A stretch of DNA of 64,000 bases from the human T2T-CHM13v2.0 reference genome, Homo sapiens. Location: the NCBI RefSeq assembly GCF_009914755.1, contig NC_060937.1; one strand, given 5' to 3'. The notes beneath the pieces were generated by a model. It saw only the letters and a list, made by a program, of their open reading frames with translations. It had not been told where the DNA came from and made no database searches. Position 1 is the first letter of the stretch. The number at the start of each line of letters is the position of its first letter. The position numbers and the translations under genes are program-made. Positions 1-13,200 of the stretch are shown one piece after another.

Positions 1-143
1 AAAAAAAATTAGCCAGGAGTGGTGGTGGGCACCAGGAGGCAGAGCTTGCAGTGAGCTGAGATTGTACCACTGCACTCCAGCCTGGATGACAGAGCGAGAC
101 TCTGTCTCAAAAAAAAAAAAAAAAAAGAAAGAAAGAAAAGAAA
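1..143 (+). mobile_element. Alu right arm (cut by the window edge, internal deletion)
   Basis: aattagccagg...gcagtgagctgagattgtaccactgcactccagcc and a poly-A tail. Confidence 0.9.
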
Positions 144-1460
144 AGGACCAGTGACATCATGGAAAGATGAGCAAAGATCGGGACTGTTCCCGGGGAAGGA
201 AGGTCAAATGACTCAAACGCTTGACACAGAAAGCAACGCTAGCATCAGGCATCAGTGAAGTGCATGTGGAGACTATACTAAGAAGCCCTTTTTTTTTTTT
301 TTTTTCCTGGCACCCAGCAGGCTACGTTGGCAAGGTTGTGAAGGAAAGGCATTCTCATCCAAGTACAGGGGTATGAATCAGCACAGCTTTTATGGAGGGC
401 GATTTGGTGTTAAATATCAAGATTTTAAATTCACACACCCTTTAACTTAGCATTTCCCCTTCAGACACACTTGCCCACGTGCCAAATGATATGTGTACAA
501 GGATATGTGTTCACTGCTGCAATGGCAAGAGATTGGAAGCTACCTAAACATCCACCAACAGGCACCGAGTTAGATATTATACACTATAAGGAAGAATGAG
601 GCAGCTCTAAAAGTCATAAGTGGATCAATCACTCACCAATACAAAGCGGGGAAAGGGGTATATAGCATGCTGCCATTTCTACGTTAAAAGGGAAAATATG
701 ACGTAATATGTACATATGACACATTCTGTGTTCAGCGCCTACACATACACGCACACAGGCATCCTTAGAACGTGGGTTCTGTGTGCGTCTTATGAGGGTC
801 TCTGGAGGCTGGAGTTGGGGAGGAGACCTACTTTTTACTCTTGTATCTGTTAAAGTTTTCTGCCATGTGCACATATTCCTTATTTCAAAGACATGTTAGT
901 TTTTAAGTTGAGAGCAGAAAGGGAATTTCTCCAACCACGAGAAAAAAGCAGATACTGAGGAAATGAAGCTTCAGCACAAACAACAGCCTGGGACATACCA
1001 AGGGCATTGGTTGAAGGGCACCGTTTGCTCTTAAAGGCTCTGGGGCTTCCTGAAGAGGCACTGCAGACATCTGGATGGATTTTCAGAGTTCCTGCGACTC
1101 CATGGCTGGTTTGTGCTCCTGGTGAGGAGCCCAGACCTGGAAAGATGAAGGTATTGGCCCCAGGTGACAGACAGGAAATAGTAGAGCCAGGAGTCATCCT
1201 GGACCTCTCTGGTTCCGTCTAGCCCAAGTCCCACCCAGTGTGCTGTTAGAAAACAACATTCAGCTTCCAGAATACAAAAATATTTTTTCACTTACTTTGT
1301 GGCATAATGTTTGTTTCTCTTTAGCTTTAAAAACAAAAATGCCAAAAATAAAGTCAATTGGGTTGCTCAGCAAGTTTTTAAAAGTCAGATTGATATATTA
1401 AGAAATATGTTGTAAGAACACTGAGGTTTATTGAAGTTTAAGATATACGTCATTCATTTA

Positions 1461-1820
<360 letters not shown>

Positions 1821-2062
1821 CTACCAGTACAGTACTCTGAATATTTTTTAACAGCTTATGTTTTCCAATTTTTGGTAGTCGTCTAAAGATAACTTTTCTC
1901 TAGGTTATGAATAATGTGCAATAATTTATTTTTAGGCCTTGTTACTTTCTTCTTTAACTCCTTTCCTCTGGACAATTTAAGAAACTACACCTAATTTATT
2001 TTACAGTAAACAACTCTATGGATAGCTGTAGTCGGGAGGTAAACAAAGAAAAGGACAAGGAG

Positions 2063-2689
<627 letters not shown>

Positions 2690-3383
2690 GAGAGTAAAGG
2701 AGAGTAGGGAGAACAGGGGACAGGAGGTCAAGTAACTTTCAAATAGACACCCTAGGTCACCAACGGCATTCGAAGAGGCCATGAGACCCTCCCCAGCAGC
2801 CCAGTGCAGGTACGGTTCAGGTACCCCGGCTGAAGGAAGCCGGTATTTTCCTGTGGAGAACCCAAGTACCAGAATTTCAGCAGATGACATTGGGGAAGAG
2901 GGGAAATCAGAAGAAAATAAATTCCCTTCAGGGATTTCATTTGAAAAGCGCCACCTTGGGATACAGATGTGTAATAGCCAGGGACTGGAAGTCACCTGAA
3001 TGACCGCCTATAGGCAGCTAGTCAGATAAAATGCTATACAGCTGTGAAGACTGGCGGCTCTCAGTGTACCTAAGGATATCCCCTACTTACTAAATGTGCC
3101 CAAGTTCAGCTTCCAGTTACCTGTGGGCAGTTCAGCAATGGCCCATTCACTGCGACCTGTTTCCCATGTGGGCTGTCCATTAATTATTCCACTTGACCGA
3201 TATTGAAACCCAGGGTCACATTCATTCATCAAATATTGTCTAGGGGCTGGTGGGCAGGCCCCCTGGAATACAGCCAGGAACCACAGACCCTGACACTCCT
3301 CCTGCAGTCACAAGGTACTGTTCGCATCACTTTCTCTCCATCAAATCTTTTTTAAAAAATTTATCTAAGGGGTTATAACATTA

Positions 3384-3745
<362 letters not shown>

Positions 3746-3908
3746 CTCCCATTTATCCTCTACCCCTTTAACAAATGCATGTCTCTCTTTTATGCACTTT
3801 CAAATGTGTGTGCCGACGCTAAAAAAAAAAAAAAACCCCACCCTGCAGGCTGAGACCCCTGTGGTACGCGCGTCCCCACTGTCTTGAGCACCGGCCGGCG
3901 AAGGTGTC

Positions 3909-3942
3909 TGCAGCGGCGTCTCTGGCCGACAGGGGGCAGCAC
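3909..3942 (+). promoter_or_regulatory. Candidate CTCF site with upstream motif
   Basis: TGCAG-N12-CCGACAGGGGGCAGCAC inside a local CpG-rich patch. Confidence 0.6.
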
Positions 3943-4020
3943 GGCGCCAGCGTCCTCGCCCAGCGCACTGGCTGCCCGGGCCGGCCCACCGCGTGGTCTG
4001 TGGAATTTGGGGATGGGAGG

Positions 4021-4165
4021 TGCTTTTCTTTCTTCTCTTTCTTTCTCTTTTTTCTTTTTTCCTTTCTTTTCTTTCCTTCCTTCCTCCCTCCCTTCTTTCC
4101 TTCCTCTCTCCCTCCCTCCCTTCTTTCCTTCCTTCCTTCCTCCCTCCCTCCCTCTTTCTTTTTTA
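4021..4165. repeat. Polypyrimidine (TTCC/CCCT/TTTC)n simple repeat
   Basis: About 140 nt of almost pure C/T. Confidence 0.95.
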
Positions 4166-6321
4166 TAACGTTTTTCCTTGGGTCCCTGCTTCCAAACTGT
4201 GGGTTATTTTCTAATGTCTTAAAGCAAACTAAGCCACGCCTTCACGGAGTCTCTGCACATAGTACATGAGCACAGGTGCAGTGTCCTTTCGCCGCCATCC
4301 TCTAATGACAACGCTTTGTTGAGAAAACGAGGGCGTTAGAGAAAGGAAGAGTGAAGGACAGAGGGCTCTGCTGCCTGGCTGGGAAGGTCTCAGTCACAGC
4401 CTGTGAGACGGCCGGCGGGACATTGTTCATCCTCATTCATTCTTGGAGAAAAAGAGAAACTCATTGTTTAAAGCAGCTTATTTAAGAAATGTTGGTATTT
4501 TCCCCCTAAAATGTTTGTATGCTTAAATGACCTTGAACTGGCCAAGGTACAGCACAGACCCCGCTACTCCCCCCTTGCCCCAGCTTCTTAAAATACAGCA
4601 GGCTCTACTGCACCTATCACTGTTTCACAGGGTAAAAATAAAAGCATTGTCAGGAGCATTGTTATGGGATTAAAGTCTCTCGTTCTGAAAATAGGTATGT
4701 TCGTTTTGCTTTGATAGTTATTTTCCCCTTACTGCCTGGGTTTTACTTTAGCATTCTTAGAGTAACCAGGGATGATGATAATATTTCATTCCATCAGCGC
4801 CTCTTGCAATGCTCCTCACCTGAATAAAATGCATGTGCCCTAATGCCAACAGAATGATTTGGGCAAATTCAGGAAGTTCCCCACATGCCATGAAGTGAAA
4901 TTCCTCATGGTGTCTGTCTTCCAGAAGTGACACATGAAAAACTGGCAATGAGCACACTGCTCACTAAATAAGAGGCCAAAGAGAAAAGAATCTACCGGAA
5001 ACTCTTCCGGAATTAAAGAGTCCAGGCTCATGTTGTGATAGTGATTATTCCTCATAACCAGTGTTGTGGCGACAACTGACTCACTGGCGGTCGGGTGGAC
5101 TCCCCCCTTGGTGCGCACAGGCGCCTGCCCCAAGGACAGACACTTCAAAGATGGCTCTGAACCCAGATTCTGCAGCTTCCCCCGGGCGGAGAGTTAAGCC
5201 ACCCCGTGGGCATGAGTCGTGTTTTTCCTTTGAAGAGATGTTTCCCAGCTGCAATGAATGTGTGGCATTTGCCATGACAAAATAAAACCCTTCAAGAAAT
5301 GTGGGTTCTCATTCTCATTTCTTTTTCTCCCTTTCCCTCTGTAAAACTTTTTTTTCTGAATTATCTTCCAAATTCTTTTCCAAAACATTAGTCTTTCTCT
5401 CCTCTTCCCCTACCTCCCAGATGAACGAATTTCCCCAGAATAAATGGATTTCCTTGTTGTAGCCTCACTGTTTACCAAGTGCCTGGCTGGCTGCTAAATA
5501 GCCACAAACCGCACACCGCATCTGTTATTACCGTGAGGCTTAGGCAGCTTGGCTGTGGGGGGCAGTGCGGGCGGCTGGGCTAACCCAGGAGAGCTGGAAG
5601 ACTTTGGACAAGTCCGCTACTCTGTTGGTGCCTCAGTTTCCTCACGAGTGAGAGGAGAGGGTGGGCAGGCTAAGCCTTCTTTTTCCTAATAGCCCTGAGC
5701 CAGCTCAGTTGGCAGAGGAGCCGGGTTCATTCTGGAGCCCTGACCTTGATGTTAAGTTCAGGATTGCACCAAAGTCAACCTCAGTACCCAGACAGGGCAG
5801 GACTGACCGCTAGTTCTCCTTGGCCTGGGGAAGCCAGTGGGGATCCGTGCCCTGGGCAGACCTCATTGCTATCCCAGGCTGATTTTTCCATGTCCTGTTT
5901 CATGAGAAATGCACGACTGATGTTTTCTTGTGGGGGCCAGAAAAGCATTTTTCAGAGCTTCTTGGCAGCACATATTGAAGATCTTTGGCTCCCTGGGGCC
6001 TTAGCTCATGGAAGGAGGGTGGAGCTGATGGGTCTGCTGGCCATGGCTTGGCAACAGGGAAGCTGTTTGTGGTCTCCAGTTACTCCCTGGCCAGCCACCA
6101 GAGCCCTACTATACCCGGCCCTGGCCCCACAGCCGTCCTGGCTGCACATAGTGCTTCCAATGTGGTGGTCCTGCCCCTTCCTTCCCCTGTGGTCTCAAAA
6201 CCATTCCCCCTCCCAGCTGCTGGGCTTGCTCCAAAGGGAAAGTGAGAGATCGGAAGGCTAACACAAACCTGTCTTCGTGACTCATTACTTCTCTTAAACA
6301 TAGAGACCAACTGGTCTATAC

Positions 6322-6490
6322 CAGGGCTGTCTATTAGAATTATCTGGGGAGGTTTTAAAAAAGACCAGCCCCCCGCTCCACTCTAGAGCAATTGAATCAG
6401 AATCTCTGGGGGTGGGGGGGGACACTGATTACTATTTTTTATAAGCTCATTTGTGTGCCTCCAGGGAAGCCATCCCATTGGCAACACTGA
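6322..6490. mobile_element. MER5-like DNA transposon relic
   Basis: attagaattatctggggag...aattgaatcagaatctctgggggtgggg. Confidence 0.55.
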
Positions 6491-6873
6491 TTGCTTACTG
6501 GGTTAATAATGACCTTATGTACTCATTAGAGGAAATGTAGAAGTCCTGGGCCGGTATGGTCATGAAATTCACACCCACTTGGGAAATGCAATCATCCAGT
6601 TGTTTGCCATCAGCTGCAAATCGATAGATAGATCCGAGCTTAGCCAATGGCTAGCTAGCCTTTAGGGATAGCGCTTACGTTGTTGACTGTGCAGCCAGAA
6701 ATGGGTTTCTGCTGATTCATTTGAATCAGTGACTCCCCAGCTTAAATGAGTGAAACAGATCACTTGGACAGCTTGTTAGTGTGGAGAGCTTCCGACTCCT
6801 TGGATGTAGTGTTAAGTCTGAGAATTTGCATTAAAAATTTTTTTTAACTTAAAAGTTTTATTTTGAAATATAG

Positions 6874-7182
<309 letters not shown>

Positions 7183-9462
7183 AGAATCGACACTTTTAAC
7201 AGGAGTCCCATATAGGCCTCATGCCGGTGGTCTGAAAACCACATTTTGGAAATCTTGTTTATGCCGCCTTCTTATCTCTTGCAAAGGTTAGTGTTTTTCA
7301 CAGGACTCTCAGCTCTTGGAGAGGGATGCTACATGTCCCTCAGTGTCCCCAGAGGACGGCGGATGTCTTGGTATTACCATGGTTGTATAACGTCTTGAGA
7401 TCTGCTGGCGTGAGTCTGCCCCCTCATTTCTTTTTCAAAATTGTCTTGAGTATTCTTGGCCCTTTTCTTCTCTCTCTATGAATTTTAGGATCAGCTTGCC
7501 AAGTTCTCAGAGAAATCTTTCTGGGATTTCGTTAGAATTGCACTGACTTTATAGATTAATTGGAATTTTCCAAGACCTTAGAGACTCAATGTATTGCCAG
7601 TGTCTTTTCTAAGCATAAAACATTGGTGAAAATGTCACATGATCAGTCCTGCCGTTAGGAAATTGTGGGAAGTGCTCATCAAATCCATCTCCTTCACTTT
7701 GCAAAGAACCAGGCAAGGTGGAGTTCTCTGCCCAAGGTTACTGGGTGGTGACTAAGTTGGGCTACAGTTTTAGGTCCCAGACTCTTAATGGCTGCATCCT
7801 CCCCTTTTAAGAGAGTCTGCTGGGTTGAACTCATTGACCTTCGGATCTGGCGAGCCACGCTACCGAGGCAGGCTGTCTCCACGGACACATTTCGGTGCTT
7901 GTGGGTTCTAGCCAAGATTGGAGAAGGCATTGCCCCCACTTTGTTCCTGGGATGGGGTCTTTCAACTGCTGTGAGATAAACAGTCATCCTGAGCCCCTGC
8001 TGCTCTGAAATCATTTCATGTTTTGCAAGGTGGGAGGGTGAGCCACATCAAGGCGCGTGTGCCAACCAGCGCCCCAGCTATCCTTGGGCATCAGTTAGAG
8101 GACACATCAGGTGGCCCGATCCTCCCTCGGAATGTGTTCATTGTTTTCAGAGCTCCGGAGCCGCTTCAAATTGTTTCCTACCGCGTCCGGCCCCAGGGGC
8201 AGGGCTCTTTTTCTGTCTCTGCTGTCACTTACATTCCTCTCCCAGCTCAGTTTCCATCACCTCTAATCATCCCTGGAGGACTCGTCCTTTGTTCCTGGAT
8301 TAAGCCGGGCCACCTGTCACTCGCTCAAGCCAAGCTTCCCACGTGGCCAGGGACACTTCTGCGATCCCATCAGAGGGGAAAACTTGATGTGTTTCAAGAA
8401 TGCCCTGGTGCCAAGCTTCTGCAGAGCAGCACGCAGAAAATGTGAAGACAAAAGAATGACTGCCCACAGGAGGCGCGGCACAGGGCAGAACTCTGCTCGG
8501 TTGCTTGTCCGTGTTTGGTAAGAGAAAAGGCTCCCGTTGCAGTTTCTTGCTGTTTCTTTTTGGTGGCAGCTTTCCTTAACCGAAAAGCACACCTAGCTGT
8601 TGATGTCCCCAGACTGCAGGCAGGAGGCTGGGGTGAGGGACTTCAGCTCTGAGTCTGTGCCAGCGAGGGCCCTAGGGCTTCTCTCATGACCTCTTTCCCA
8701 GGCCCCCGCTGGATCCTTCCAAAGGCACAGGCCTTGTCTTTCTGCTTCTCTGGGACTGCAGGCCTCAAGCCCCCGCGCCCTGGGCAGCAGGGCATGGTAG
8801 ATGCGCGGCACCCCCCTTAGCGGCACCTTCCCATTGTGAGAGAACTGCCTGAAACCCGCCCCTGTTCATGCCTCTGATCTCCCATGGCCCACGCAGCCAT
8901 GGGGGGAGGTGTCTTGTCAGAGGCCTTACTTAGCCCAGAGGCATCCCAGCGGCGGGGGCAATTTCAGTCCCAAGTCCAGTGCAGGGCTGCGCTGTATATT
9001 TTTAGGCGGATGAAACTCTGACCCTCACCGCATCCAAGTGACTGTCAGTTATCACCTACAAAACTACCGGGGGTGACGCCTGAGTGACAGTTGTTCATGA
9101 AGAACCCAAACGATGGTGAAATATGAGCAGTTACCTACATACCGAGGGCACGGAAAGACCAGTCCCAGGTGACGAGAACTCAGAGGGCCGGGCGATGCCC
9201 TCACGTCACTCACCCCACCCGTGAAGAGACTGAGTCCACAGAGGAATGCCTGACCCGCCCGCCCGCCTTTGGTTTTCCTGCGGCACATCCTCGGTACTGT
9301 TCTGACAGCCTTTCCAAAACCACATCTCACGTGTGTGCAGCTGCCCGGTGCCCTTCATGAGTTTCCAGGAGCAAGATCACATACAGACTAACTGCTGTGG
9401 TCTCCAGGGCTCCTGTGCACCTCTCGAATAGCTCACCATGACTCCAGCCTGCTGCATGCCGC

Positions 9463-10655
9463 GTGCGTGTGAGCACGCAACCTGTCCATGCTTACACACA
9501 CGCCCACAGATGCCCACGCTCACACGCACCTGCCCACTTACACACACACGCCAACGCTCACACACATACGTGCCCGTGCTCACACACCCGCCCATGCTCA
9601 CACACCCACACACACCTGCCCACGCTCACACCTGCCCCCACACACCTGCCCACACTCAGACACACTTACCCCCCACCCACACACCCGCCCATGCTCACAC
9701 ACCCACACATACCTGCCCATGCTCACACCTGCCCCCACACACCTGCCCACACTCAGACACACCTGCCCCCCACACACAGGCCCACGCTCACACACCTGCC
9801 CACTTACATGCCCACGCTCACACCTGCCCACTTACACGCCCACGCTCACACACACCTGCCCACTTACACACATGGCTACGCTCACACACACCTGCCTGTG
9901 CTCACACACCCGCCCATGCTCACACACCCACACACACCTGCCCACGCTCACCCCTGCCCACACACACCTGCCCACACTCAGACACACCTGCCCCCTCACC
10001 CACACACATGCCCACACTCACACACACCTGCCCGTGCTCACACACCCGCCCATGCTCACACACCAACACACACCTGCCCACGCTCACACCTGCCTCCACA
10101 CACCTGCCCACGCTCAGACACACCTGCCCACTCACACACCCACACATGCCCATGCTCACACATGCCCACACAGACACCCGTGCTCACACACCTGGCCCAC
10201 ACACACCTGCCCATGCTGACACACAACTACCCATGCTCACACCTGCCCATGCTCGCACACCTGCCCACACTCATCCACACACCTATCCACACTTACGCAC
10301 ACCTGCCCATCACGCACGCCTGCCTACACTCACAGATGCCCACACCCACACCTGCCCACTCACCACACACGCCCATGCTTACACGCACCTGCCCAAACAT
10401 GCCCACACACACCCCCACACCTGCCCACGCTCAGACACCTGCCCACACTCACACCTGCCCATACTCAGATGCCCACACTCACCCACACACACCTGCCCAT
10501 ACTCACACACATGCCCACGCTCACCCATCTGCCCACACACCTGCCCATGCTCACAGCTTCCCACACTCACACCTGACCACACCCACTTGCCTCGCTCACA
10601 CACACCTGCCCACACACACCCACACACCTGCCATACACACATGCTCACACTCATG
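9463..10655. repeat. CA-rich degenerate minisatellite, unit about 16-22 bp (CACACCTGCCCAYRCTCA)
   Basis: Dozens of variant copies directly visible, with higher-order blocks repeated. Confidence 0.95.
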
Positions 10656-12609
10656 TTCACGGTCAAATTTCTGTATTGTCCCATAAATGATTTTCTCTAT
10701 TTTCTAATACTTCATTTTGAAATAATTTCAAACTAACACAACTATTGTGAAATTAGGACGAGTTCCCATATACCATTTACCTGGGTTCCCCAAATGTCAG
10801 CATCATCACTCAGCAAAATGCTGAGATCGGAAAATGAACAGACACGACACTATTATCTGCCCCGCAGGCCTTCTTTAGGGGGTCCACAAATGCCCCTTTC
10901 TGCCCTAGGATCCAACCTCCAGCAGCCACTCGTTTTGTGGAATGTCCCCGAGTTTGGGTTGCATGTGTTTGATAAATGATTGTGCAGGTGGTGATACTGG
11001 GAGTGGAAGTGGCTGGCTTCATGTCACTGCGCCAGGACGGCAGGTGTGGGCCCAGCCAGGACACCCCCGGCTTGTGTTCCTCTACTCAAGGCGCTCGTGT
11101 AGGTTCCCTCCCTCTTGTTTTTCTCCTGGAACAACACGGGATATATCAAGTTTCCTACATTCCGTCCTTTGTTGGTCACGTCCTCATAGTGTCATTTCTC
11201 TCTATTTCTGGTAGCCTGGCTCCATCAGGTTCAAGTTCAGGTTTGACCCAGCCCCCTCAAGCCTCTGCCCTTCGTGGACTGAGGATGCACCCAGTCTCCA
11301 CCATCAGCCTTCTCCCCGGGAAGTCGGTGTACTCTGCTCTCCTCTGCCTCTATTTGTTCTCCCTCCATGTGCCCCCGGAGACTATCATCTTATTTAACCA
11401 CCATCTATCGGTGGACAACTTAAAACTCTGCCTTCAGCCAAGAGCTCCCTCTGCGGCTCCAGCCCATCTTCCCCCCAATAGTCTGAGGGATCTTTCTAAA
11501 ATTCCATCTGAGGGACACTCTTTCTCGTTGTACTTCCTAGTGGTGACTGTCCCTTGACCCTATGCTTTGACATGAGACCTGTGGAAAAAAATTCTACAAC
11601 TATTTGGTATGTTGGAGGGAAGCATGAATAAATGAAGTCAGATTGTGCTTTTTTGTTTTTGCTTCAGAGACAACTTGTTCATTTTGCAGGCGGTCCCCAC
11701 TGCCCTCTCCGGTGCCTTCACCCTGGGCTCCCACCTCTGCGGCTCCACTGCCAGCAAGGCCACCTGGCCAAGCTCCTGATCCCTGCGCTGCCCCATCCTC
11801 TGGCCACCCCGACTGGAAGCCTTGGAGTCATTGCTGACTTTCTGTCCGACCTCATCCCCCACATTCAAACAGTGGACTAGTGCTTGGAAATGTCCCTCTG
11901 GGGTTCCGCAAGCACAAGAGGTGGCTGGGTGCAGTCCTGTGTCAGTCACCGGCTTCCTCTGATGGCAGCTTGGCCGGTGGCCTCGGGCTCTTCCTACACC
12001 AGACCACCTCCCTCCCAACCCCCCCCCCCTCCCCCGGCAGACTCCCTCCTTAGGTCCTGGCACGGAGGTGGCACTGGATCCATTTCCAATGGCGAGAACA
12101 CACCATTTCTAGACTCTTCACCTCCCAGGCGTGCTCTAGTCCCTCAGACACAAACGGAAGAAGAGGATCCTATGCCTTCCTGAGCCCCCGAACCTCACAG
12201 GCCACTGAGAGCTGGCACTTGGCACCAAATCTCCCTGATGGAGAAAGCTCTTGTCCTTCACTCCCGTGGGAGCCCTGCAGGCCTCTGGCTCCCGGCCCAG
12301 TCAGCACTGTCCGCCCCCAGCCCCTCTTTCTCTAGACCTGCCCCAAGCCTGTCCTTGAAACCCGCCCTACCTGCCCCCAGCCTAGGCCCCAGGTGGACGC
12401 TCCCCTCGGGGTCTGCAGAGCCTTGCCGGCGGGAAGCAGCGGCTCCGGGGCCCTAGGCAGACAGGGCGCCTCATTCTGTTCTGGTGGCACCTGTGGGCAC
12501 CCGTGCAGGCGGCATAGATTTTATTTTTCTGCGCACATTAGCCCAGACTCTGGAAGTAGTTTTCCGGCCTGGCTCAGGGCTGGCTAGATGTGCCGTCATT
12601 TCAAATGTA

Positions 12610-13200
12610 AGGAAGCGCCGGGCAGATCTGTTGTCGGCGGGGGGCCTCGCACGCACGCGCCCGCAGGCGGAGGACAGGACAGTCCCCGAGGCCCTCCCCG
12701 GTGACTCTAACCAGGGATTTCAGCGCGCGGCGCGGGGCTGCCCCCAGGCGTGACCTCACCCGTGCTCTCTCCCTGCAGAATCTCCTACGACCCGGCGAGG
12801 TACCCCAGGTACCTGCCTGAAGCCTACTGCCTGTGCCGGGGCTGCCTGACCGGGCTGTTCGGCGAGGAGGACGTGCGCTTCCGCAGCGCCCCTGTCTACA
12901 TGCCCACCGTCGTCCTGCGCCGCACCCCCGCCTGCGCCGGCGGCCGTTCCGTCTACACCGAGGCCTACGTCACCATCCCCGTGGGCTGCACCTGCGTCCC
13001 CGAGCCGGAGAAGGACGCAGACAGCATCAACTCCAGCATCGACAAACAGGGCGCCAAGCTCCTGCTGGGCCCCAACGACGCGCCCGCTGGCCCCTGAGGC
13101 CGGTCCTGCCCCGGGAGGTCTCCCCGGCCCGCATCCCGAGGCGCCCAAGCTGGAGCCGCCTGGAGGGCTCGGTCGGCGACCTCTGAAGAGAGTGCACCGA
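12610..13200. promoter_or_regulatory. CpG-island-like region over the IL17D last exon
   Basis: Visibly high GC and dense CpG (cagcgcgcggcgcgggg, cgccggcggccg) against CpG-poor flanks. Confidence 0.7.
12779..13097 (+). CDS. IL17D: Interleukin-17D, last coding exon (C-terminal cystine-knot part); upstream exon(s) lie before the window
   Basis: Acceptor ctctctccctgcag ends at 12778. Translation (R)ISYDPARYPRYLPEAYCLCRGC...YVTIPVGCTCVPEPEKDADSINSSIDKQGAKLLLGPNDAPAGP*, with IL-17 family motifs (RYP..LPEAYCLC.GC, VGCTCV). TGA at 13095-13097. Confidence 0.97.

Noticed and set aside
5551-5570. Second CTCF-like motif tggctgtggggggcagtgc
   Set aside because: Lacks the CC..AG core positions; weak match.
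5746-6261. 171-aa ORF, also the 193-aa ORF at 10976-11557 and the 184-aa ORF at 46125-46679
   Set aside because: No recognisable homology or exon context; the last lies within L1 5' sequence. Chance ORFs of this size are plausible.
12750-12778. ORF-track start MTSPVLSPC for IL17D
   Set aside because: GTG in intronic sequence upstream of the acceptor AG at 12777-12778; not a real N-terminus.
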